Assembly (NCBI GenBank): GCA_028534125.1
Contig: CM052832.1
Coordinates: 10,108,001 to 10,172,000 of the forward strand
Source of the DNA: Lama glama
Taxonomy: Eukaryota
Direction: 5' to 3'
Length of the DNA stretch: 64,000 nt
Shown here: positions 40,540-50,200 of the stretch, in pieces
Position numbering within the stretch: position 1 is the first letter of the stretch
Layout of the letters: each line of letters starts with the position of its first letter
Made by a program: the position numbers and the translations under genes
Notes under the pieces: generated by a model
Told to the model about the DNA's origin: nothing
The model's input: the letters and a program-made list of their open reading frames with translations, nothing else
Database searches by the model: none

Positions 40540-40553
40540 CTGCCCCCTGGTGG
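40540..40553 (-). promoter_or_regulatory. CTCF core motif
   Basis: Minus strand CCACCAGGGGGCAG, a 14/14 match to CCASYAGRKGGCRS, in a locally CpG-enriched patch. Confidence 0.7.
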
Positions 40554-40899
40554 GCTAGGATATGGCTGCCTCCCCCAGCCTCCTTCCCAGCTTTTTTTCC
40601 GTGGACGAAGGCTCCTTCCCAGAAACCAGGCAGGTTTCCTGGGAGCGAGATGTGAAACTTCTAGGAAGGTTTAGCTGCACAACATCCCAGAGCTGGGTCC
40701 ACATAACAACAGGATTATTACCCCCGAGAAGCATTTAATAAGAGCCTACCCACCCATGCACTCAATCCTGTGAGGAATCAGAGAAACCCCTCTCTCCTCC
40801 CGCACCCCGCTTCAGCCTGGGTGGGAAGGGCTCACAGTTTAATAGAGGACAAGACAGAACCCAAATGACTTCTACAATCTTAGTGATTTTTTTTTAGCT

Positions 40900-43250
40900 T
40901 TTAACTTTTAAATAATTGTAAATGCAAAGAAAATTCAGGTAGTTCGGAGAGGTTTTGAGTATCCTCCCAGTACAGGTGTAGATTCTTGTAACTGTCACTG
41001 CAGTCAAGATTCAGAACTATTCCAGCACCACAAAAATCTCCCCCAGGCTACCTCTTAATAGCCACACCCACCCCTCCCTCTCTCAACATTCTTAAGCATT
41101 GACAACTGCTAATGTGTTTTCCATCTCTGTAATTTTTTCATTTTGAGAATATTGTATAAATAGAATCCTGCAGTATGTGACGTTTTGAGACTTTTTTTCA
41201 CTCAGAAAAATATTGAGATCCATCCAATTTGTGGCGTGTATCAGCAGTTCATTCCTTTTTATTGCTAAGTCATACTCCATGGAGGTACATGTAAACCGTT
41301 TGTTTAATTGTTCATCATCCATTGAGGGCCATCTGATTGTTTTCAGCTTGGGGCTATTACAAATAAAACTGCTCTGAACAGTCACATATAGGTTTTTACG
41401 TAGACGTAAATTTTTTATTTTTCTGGGATAAATGCCCAAGAGTGCAATTGCTTATGGTTTCTTACTGTAACTGTTGCTTATGGTAAGAGTATGTTTAGTT
41501 TTTAAAAGAAACTGTCAACTCTAGCTTGTCTTTACTTCCTCTTGACAGAGGCTTTTGTAGAGCAAAAGTGTTCAGTTTTGATGAAGTCTTTTATCAATTT
41601 TTTTAATGTATTGGATTAGACTTTTGGTATCATGTCTAAGAATTCTTCACTAAGCTCTAGGTCCCAAAGATTTTCTCCTAGGTTCCCTTCTAAACTTTCA
41701 TAGTTTTAAGTCTTACATTTAAATCTATGCTTTATTTTGAGTTAATTTTTGTATAAGTTGTAAGATTTAATCCTTTTTAAAAATATCTAATTGCTTCAGC
41801 ATCATTTGTTGAAAAGACTGTACTTCCTCCATTGAATTGCTTTTGTATGTTTGCTTCTGCATGACATACATGTGTGGTGTTATTCCTCTGTCCTCTGTTC
41901 TGTTCCACTGATTGCCTCCACCAACACTGCGCGGCTTTGCTTACTGTAGCTGTATCATATCCACTCTGAAACTGGGTAGAATGATTCCTCCCATTCTAGT
42001 CTTCTTTTTCAGAATTGTTTTAGTTCTTCTAGTTTCTTTGCCTTTCCAGTTAAGTTTTAAAAGAATCTTGTCTCTGTCTACAAAAAAAAAAAATCTTGCT
42101 GAGATTTTGATAGGAATTGCATTAAATCTGTATATTAATTTGGGGAGGAAATAATGTCTTTACTGTGTTAAGTCTTCCATCTTAGAACATTTCATTTATT
42201 TAGCTCTTTGATTTCTTTTCTTAATGTTTTGTAGCTTTCCGCCATGCAATTCCTGCACGTGTTTTGTTAGATTTAGGTCTCAGTAGTTCCTCTTTTGTGA
42301 GTGACTGTAATGGTGTTGTATTTTTGAAAAATGATTTCCACACGTTATTGTTAGTATACAGAGGCTGCTGTGACCTCTGACATCCTCACCATCCATGGAC
42401 TTCAACAGTCATGAAAATATTGCCATCTTATTTTACCCAAGTACATTTTATTGTGCGTTATAGAAATATTTAAACAATACAGAATGCAGGGTAAATGTGA
42501 AAGTCCCCCTTCATGCCCCACCACACCCCTACCCAGACTTAACTCATATTAGTATCAAGAGGCGATCCTTGCACACTGTCCCCTATTTTTACACACACAC
42601 ACACATACACACACACTATATCTGTGGATATAGCTTTATCTTCATTTTTTCTTAGATTAACGAAGTGCTGTGATTGATATCACGCAGCAGCTTGACTTTT
42701 TTTGTACCTAAATGTCTTGGTGATCTGATCTATGTGTGTCAGTGCGCACAGGTCTGCCTGCTTCTTTCTGCCACCTCACACCCTGTACTAGTGATGAAGC
42801 ATCACTTCCTTCCTTCCCTTCCTATTCATGGCCAGTTAATTGACTTCTCAGTTTCACTATTGTGTAAACTGCTGTGACAAATAGCCTTTTATATACCTCT
42901 TTGTGCACGCAGGACTGTATTCTCTCACACAGAAACCATAAATGATTAAATTGTTTTTAGGAAGGGATGTCCATTTACTAGTTTGATAAATCTGGACAAA
43001 TTGATTTCCTAAAAGGGTGTGCTCATTTCTATTCCCACTAGCAGATTTTGAGACTGCCCACTTCCTCACCAGCTTACCACCCTTGGAAATGGCCAATCTT
43101 TTATATTCTTATTAATTTAATGGGTGAGAAAGTGATCTCCCCCAGCCGCCATTGTTTTGATTTGCATTTCCCCATTTACTAATAACATTGATCCTGGCTT
43201 CTGCATATGAATTTTCCATGGGTGTACCTTTGGGTTGCAGTTTCTGTCCT
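40900..43250 (-). mobile_element. Old LINE-1 (L1M-type) fragments
   Basis: AT-rich degenerate L1 ORF2/3'UTR; ORF 41092..41439 gives the L1-like MEYDLAIKRNELLIHATNWMDL. Confidence 0.75.
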
Positions 43251-43280
43251 TTTCTGTTTCTTCTGTAGAGTTGTTGCCCT

Positions 43281-43842
43281 GGTTAAAAACAAAATTCAAC
43301 CCAGTGAAAATGATGATCTGATTGGCTTTATTCAGGGATTCATGAGTTGGCAGCATCCCATCCAGCAACCAGGAGGGCGCTGCATGGGCTGTACAAACCG
43401 GAAGGTTTGTAGAGGGAGAGGGTTGGGGGGAGTAAGGGAGCTATTTGCAAAAGAAAAGAAAAGATTATTTTAAGGCTTGGACACCCTTTTTTTGCAGGGA
43501 TAGGGGAAAGGTTTTTTTTTTTTTTTAATTGTGCCTTATTTATTCTTTTTTATTTTCAGTTAGGGTACAGTTGATTTACAATGTTGTGTTCACATCCGGT
43601 GTGCAGCATAGGAAAGGGTCTTCTCACGCAGGTGGCCTCGTCTTCCTCTGAGGGATGGAGAGGGCCCACGTGGCAGATGACCTCATTGGTGCTGACCAGA
43701 AAATTCCAGGCTGGTTGATGAAGATTACGTTCCCCTGGGGAGGTCATGACTGCAATTAGGTCAGGTATGAAGTCTAGATTTGGTGTCATGGGCTTGAGCA
43801 CAAGTGGAGTCATGTTAGGCCTGTGTTTTTTTTCCCTTTAAC
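43281..43842 (-). mobile_element. ERV1-class solo LTR containing a short L1 3'-end insertion (~43512-43610)
   Basis: Ends ...ccctttaaca; minus-strand AATAAA near 43328; internal polyT plus L1 tail (gttgatttacaatgttgtgtt) flanked by ggaaagg repeats. Confidence 0.6.
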
Positions 43843-44419
43843 ACACTTTACTTGCTGATTTTCCAAGTTCCTTATACCTTCTGAGTATTCTTTTTTGTAT
43901 AACGTATATTATTTTTTCTGTCCTGTCACTTTAAAAAAAAAAGTTGCTTATAGTATCTTTTATCATACGTAAGACTTGGTTTTCTGGGTGGGAAATTTGT
44001 GAGTCGTTTCCTTCCTGGCCTCTGTGTTTGCGTGGAGGGGCCAGTCCTCTGGGGAAAGGATGAGGGGCATTGGCTGGCGCCTGTGGAGACCGGTCTCCTC
44101 AGGACAGGGGGTCACCAGGGGCACTGGGGATGATTATGACAGTACTGGCAGCTGCAGGGAGCCTTCTGTTTCCCGCTCGTGTGCCTGGGCTGGCCTCTGG
44201 AGCCCAGGTGACAGTGAAGCGGGCCCCGGGATGCTGTCCCAGGCCGAGTGTGGGGAGGACCATAGTCTTGCTTTACGCCTGCTTTGGTGACTGACAGTCC
44301 CAGTGATTGGCTGCGGCTCCCTCCTTTGCCCTGCAAGCAAAGAACAAAGAACATTGCAAACCGCCCGGTTATACAAGGTTAAGTCATCACCCACTGCAGT
44401 TGCCCACGACACTGTGTCC

Positions 44420-44800
44420 TGTGAGGGACTCGGGATGGAAAACAGGATGAAGCCTTCTGGGCTTTGGATAAACCGGTCCCTAGATACTTAGATGCATCTC
44501 CAAGGAAGAATTAATGAGCCCAGATTCTTGCATCTTCCCACATACAGGAAAGCACTGAAGTCATGAACTTGAGATCTCTGTTCTTTGTGACAAGCAGTAA
44601 TCTTTTACCAAGACGTATGCTTCACTGCACATATTTACTGGCCAAAAATTTATTTATAAACTGGCTTCTCCCTTCCCTCTTTGGAGTGGCTTCCTCAGAG
44701 CTACTGAGCGGCTGTCTCCTGGGCTATAGTTCTCTGTAAGATCCCTGAAGAAAACTTAAACTCACAGCTCTTATGTTGTGTGTTTTTCTCTAGGTTGACA
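44420..44800 (+). mobile_element. ERV1-class solo LTR, 381 bp
   Basis: TGT...ACA termini, flanks gtcc/gccc (4-bp TSD with one mismatch), TATAAA near 44655, U5-like aaactcacagctcttatgttgtgtgtttttc. Confidence 0.7.
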
Positions 44801-46606
44801 GCCCTTCTTCCTGGGATGGGCATGGCCCTGCCCAGAGAGGCCCTTCCTGTTCCCTCAGGCTTGGGTCTCTCTCCCCAGGAGCCTGGGGTAGAGGCCCCTG
44901 AGATCTGGGGGAGGGGAGCAGCCTCCCCTCTGCTCACACCTGAAACACGCCTCCTGGCTGGACCGCTTCTCTCTGGCCTGTGCCTCCCATCTCTTACCGT
45001 CTCTCCATCTCCCCCTCGACCTCTCATCTGAAGTCAAGGGCACATGCAGGCCAGGAGCAGGTGGTGTTGGCAGAAGGGGTCCTCCCAGCCAAGCTGCCCA
45101 TTGCCTTGAGCCCCTGAGTACGGGGTGGGGGGGGCTGAGGACATGATGTGTTTCCTGGGAAAAGGGCTTGATTCATCAGGGGTTCCCCAGCACCACTGAG
45201 AAGAAAGAATTGAGAAGAACGAAAGCCTTCTTTGAGAAAGTGATGGGCTCTAAGGGCAGGGTTGGGAGGGCGGTGGGGCCAGGAGAACCCTCTCTCCCCA
45301 GGTGCGTGGAGTGTCTCTGGACCCTAAGAGGCCTCAGATCCGCCCCTTCCATGGCAGCCACAGGAAACTGAGATGCTCTGGCTCCCCCTGGCCCAGCTGC
45401 CCCCTCCCCCCATTTGGGTGAGGCAGGGGTGGAGTGGGCAGGCGGAGGAGTTGAGAAGTCCCCAAAGGAAACTGTGGTCATCTCAAGACTACCCACTCTT
45501 TCCACCCTCACCCCCCACACACTCTGCTCAGTGTCTCTCATTTCCTGGGTCCTGGTTTGACCCATCTCCCTCAGGAGGATGGGCTAAAGACAGTCGGTAG
45601 GATCAGAGCATCATTTGGATCCTGACCGTAGTTTTAAGCCCCACTGGACTCCCACAGGCCTCCTGCCTGGGTCTAATTGGTGGGTTAGTCTAATCCTGGG
45701 AAGGATTTTTGGGTGCTCGAGGGGAGAGGAGAACTGGAGCGTAAGAGAAGAGCATGCTGAGCGGGGGTCCCGAGAGGGGCTGGGGCTTGGGAGGAGGGCA
45801 GGGAGGAGGGGAGAGGCAGCCTGGGCACTGGGGGCACTGCTGTACCCCAGCCCCCACTGCTGCCCTACCTACTGAGGCTGCAGAAGGCTGCTTGAAAAAC
45901 TAAGTCGATGAAAGAATCTAACATTCCTTTAGTGAATAGGAGAGTTTTTAGAATCAGGAGGATGTTGCCATTTATACATAATTTACAAAGAAAACAGAAA
46001 AAAACAAAAAAACCTGGTGTGGTAGGTGGAATTGAAGGTGGGGCCATTGCAGAGGCCTGCTGACCAGGGCCAAATTCAGGGCTTCAGTGAGCTGAGGACA
46101 CACTCCTGGGACTGTGGCTGTAATGGGGGTTGTATCTGCCTTCATCTGATGACACCAGCTGGGACTCCCTGGGTGTGCCAGTCATCAGGGCTTGGGGGGA
46201 GGGGGCACAGGTGGAACCAGAAGCCCACCAGGTGCTGCCTGAGTCAGAGCCCGCCCCCATGAAAGGGGTGCAGTTTTCTAGAAGGCCCAGAAAAGTGCCT
46301 TTTTGTAACCTCCCCACCGGAATGGGGGACCATTTGTCTGATTTCCAGAGAGGAGCAGGAAGTGCCTGCCGCAGGCACTGTCATCAGAGCTTAGGGCACA
46401 GACATTCCACCCCGTTTCTTTATTTTTAACCCACTGTATTTTTTATGAGGAAGTATTTAAAAATAAATTGCAGATATCCAGACATTTCACCTTTAAATAA
46501 TTCAGTACGCATCTCTATAAAAAGAGATTCTTGCTACATAGGAAATTAATGTTATCACAGCCAATGCAATTAAAAATCATTTCTTAGTAGCCTGTGTTAC
46601 CCAGTC

Positions 46607-47106
46607 NNNNNNNNNNNNNNNNNNNNNNNNNNNNNNNNNNNNNNNNNNNNNNNNNNNNNNNNNNNNNNNNNNNNNNNNNNNNNNNNNNNNNNNNNNNNNN
46701 NNNNNNNNNNNNNNNNNNNNNNNNNNNNNNNNNNNNNNNNNNNNNNNNNNNNNNNNNNNNNNNNNNNNNNNNNNNNNNNNNNNNNNNNNNNNNNNNNNNN
46801 NNNNNNNNNNNNNNNNNNNNNNNNNNNNNNNNNNNNNNNNNNNNNNNNNNNNNNNNNNNNNNNNNNNNNNNNNNNNNNNNNNNNNNNNNNNNNNNNNNNN
46901 NNNNNNNNNNNNNNNNNNNNNNNNNNNNNNNNNNNNNNNNNNNNNNNNNNNNNNNNNNNNNNNNNNNNNNNNNNNNNNNNNNNNNNNNNNNNNNNNNNNN
47001 NNNNNNNNNNNNNNNNNNNNNNNNNNNNNNNNNNNNNNNNNNNNNNNNNNNNNNNNNNNNNNNNNNNNNNNNNNNNNNNNNNNNNNNNNNNNNNNNNNNN
47101 NNNNNN
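46607..47106. other. Assembly gap (500 N)
   Basis: Run of exactly 500 n; a round number suggests a placeholder size. Confidence 0.99.
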
Positions 47107-47267
47107 GCTTTGCTCACTGTAGGGAATTCAGAGGGCAGAGGTGAGGGAGGAGCTCCTGGGGCCTTGGGGGAGACCGGCCATCCTTCTTGGGTCCTGAGGC
47201 TCAGCAGAAAGCACCCCGGGCCCTGGGATCTGAGCAGAGTCAGAAGCATCAGAGACCTGCCTCTGCA

Positions 47268-47292
47268 TCACACACAGGGATTCCTTAATGCC
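47268..47292 (-). CDS. NCR2: NCR2 terminal coding exon (short cytoplasmic tail ALRNPCV-stop)
   Basis: Strong acceptor ccctccctcttctcacatctcag|G in the required phase 2; reads ALRNPCV*CRGRSLMLL, matching the human NKp44-2/-3 tail VLRNRHMQHQGRSLLHP; TGA at 47270-47268. Confidence 0.75.
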
Positions 47293-50200
47293 CTGAGATG
47301 TGAGAAGAGGGAGGGAACATATGAAGTCACTTGAATCCCTTTTTTGACTTTATTCCCCTCTCCCCATGCCTGTCCCTCCTCCAGCCAGCTTGCTCCTTCC
47401 TGACCTGATCCTGTTTCAGGTCGTCTTCACCTTTGTGCTGTCCTCACAGCTTTCACCCAACCCCGCCTCCATCTTCCCTTGTGGGTTCCCTTCCCCCCAG
47501 AGCTTATGACTCTTTCCTCATGGGCACACCCTCTCTCCTTCAGGACAGAGGATGAGGCTGATGGCTTTGGGTTGGCATTCCTGGAAGGGCGGATGTTGGG
47601 AGGGACTTCTGGTTGTACAGGTCAGTTACTTATGGAGGGGTGAATGGGGTGGGGGTGGGGAGGGGGGAGAAGAGGAGGAGGAAGAGGAGGAAGGAAGAAA
47701 GGAAGGAAGAAAAGAAAAAGGAAGGAAGGAAGGAAGGAAAAGAGAAGAAAAGGAGAGGGGAGGGAAAGGAGAAAACAGAGACCAAGAAGCGTGGACAAGA
47801 CACTTGAAAGTTTGCAGCTGAAAGACAAGGTGGGCCTGATACGGACAGCGAGGGTTTAATCTGGAGAGCCCCATCGATGACCACTTTTCCTCCATCTCTG
47901 TTCTCTGGTTGATTCCCTCTCCAACCCTCTATCCAGGGACAGAAGCTGTTCCCTGCTCCATTTCCCCCCGAGTCTACTCACTGGACAAGAAGGGCTGACA
48001 GCACCAGGCTCTTGGCCACAAGTAACCCACAGAGCACGGGGACCAGGGCCCTGGAGGCTGCAGGGCTGGACCAGAGGGTGGAGTTTTGTTGCCTGGAGGA
48101 CAGAGGAGCAAAAAGGGGAGAGGATGGGACTAGGGCGGCACTTCTGTCTGAGCCAGACCTGTAGGGAAGAGGGGCCCACCCTGAACCCGAACTCACTGTG
48201 AAAGGGCTGTGATGGTGGTGGAAGCCCTGGGGGCCTCTCTGGCTGCTCCCGTGGAGGACACACAGCTCTCAGTCTGAGAGACCAGGTCGTGGGGAGCCCG
48301 GGTGGCCTGCATGGAGGCAGAGGCTGCCAGGGGAAGAGAAAGGACCTTGGTTAGTCGAGGGTGGTGGGGGAGGGACTGCCCTCCTGTTGTGTTGACCAGA
48401 AAGCTGGAATAGAAAACTGGGCTGGACTGGGAACAGAAGCCCACTAGCCCCAAAGAAAATCAATCTGGGGCAGTGGGGACCGGGCTGTGAAGTTTCCTGG
48501 CTCAAGACTAGACACACTTGTGGCCCAGGCTGTATCCGGTGCCTGTGGAGGTATCCCTGGTCCTGGAGGAGCACTGGAGCGGGAGTCAGGAGGCCTGGCC
48601 TCCCTCCGAGCATTCCTGCCTCTCTGGATGGGCCTCCTCAAGTGCGGAAACAGTCCCCGCCTTCAAGCTGTCTCGTCTCTGACATCCATGTTCTTTCTCA
48701 ACACTCCTGGGGCTGTGAGGGGAAGGGGGCCCCTCATGGGGAATTTTAAGAGCTGCTTTCACATCCCTGTCCCTCCTGCTTTTGCAGCAGAGCCTGGCTG
48801 TCCGCCCCCCACCCCTGCAGGCCGGTCTGGGTACATGCCTTTTACAAGGCCCCTTCTTGATCCCGAGGCTTTGTGAGCTACCTGCCCACCACCCCCAAGA
48901 CTCTGCCTTCCCAGGATGACCCCAGGCCTACCTGTGCTCAGAGCCCCACGTGGAGACCTGGGGGAGGTCCTCTCTGGAGAAGCAAGGGGGGCTGTTAAGG
49001 AGAGAGAGAGAGGACAATGGCTGCTGGGGAGGGGGGCAGGCCCAGGAGGGAAAGAAGTTGTTTGGGCCCCAAGGCTGTGACAGGAAGGGTGCTCTCCATG
49101 TCCCACTTGAGGTCTCCACACCCACCCAGGCTCCAGGAGAGGAGCAGTCTCTCCCAAAGCGCAGGAGGGTTGGCAAGGGCTGGGAAAGGGCTGGAGGAGG
49201 GGGTGCCTGAAGCTGGGACACCCTGGGAGATCTTCCCCAGAGAGATGGCCAGGCTGATGGACACATGGACAGGATCCTGTCCCATGCAGTCACCCGCTGT
49301 CTCTGAGTCTGCTCCAAAGGATGACCTGGAGCAACCCATGCGCCCCTGGAGGAGGTCCCGGACACTCAGGGAAGATTCTAGCCCTGAGCTACTGAGGGTG
49401 TCATCTGTGGGCTGGTGCCGGCCCACAAACTATAACCACCTGCAACAGGGTAAATATAGAAATTAAGAGTAAAGAATTGGAAACTTTTACATTAGTTTGA
49501 TATTGCCTCAAGGTCTAAGCATGTGATTAGAAAACTTGTCTATCAAACAGGGTGTAGACCAGTTTGGGTGTCGTTAAACTGGCTCGGAGAGTCGTATCTG
49601 GAGCTGTCTGTGTGCCAGTAACACAGAGGGTCTGTGATACCTTAAGGTTAGCTGGTAACTATGACCAACTGTGGTTACCACTGTAGTTTGTAACTCTAAC
49701 CCAAAACCTTATAATATCAGCAGAGCTGACACAGCGTGCTTACCAACGTGGTCAAAACTGAATTACATGAAGATGAATGTTTTGAAATGGAGGTCATTCT
49801 CTTTATTATGTGATAAAATGGAAACTGATCATATATACTGACTTTTTAAAGATGTGGACTGCACAGTCAGACTTGCTTATATTGTAGCTTTAATGTTAAT
49901 ATATTTATGTAAGGAAAGAATGCAACATGTTTCCCAATGGCAAGTAAAATCTCAGGACAAAAACAAAAGTTAGAAGCTTAAAAGTCTATTTTCTATACAT
50001 TGTTATGAAATGTTCTTAATTTAGTAACAATTATCAACAAAATAGGTGGTGATTTTGATATTGCATATCTGCAAAAGTACTCAAAAAACCTCAGCAATTT
50101 GATAGAATGTTTTGAATTTTAATTTCTGTCAAAAGATACAAGATTTAAATTAATTAAAATATAATCTAACTATAATTTTGTAAGATAAAATTTTGGAACT

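Noticed and set aside
46584..47334. 221-aa and 246-aa ORFs
   Set aside because: Artefacts of translating through the 500-N gap.
48193..48196. In-frame TGA inside the intron 3 donor (CA|gtgag), suggesting a soluble form by intron retention
   Set aside because: A common by-product of GTGAG donors in phase 2; the stop would lie more than 200 nt upstream of the last junction and likely trigger NMD.
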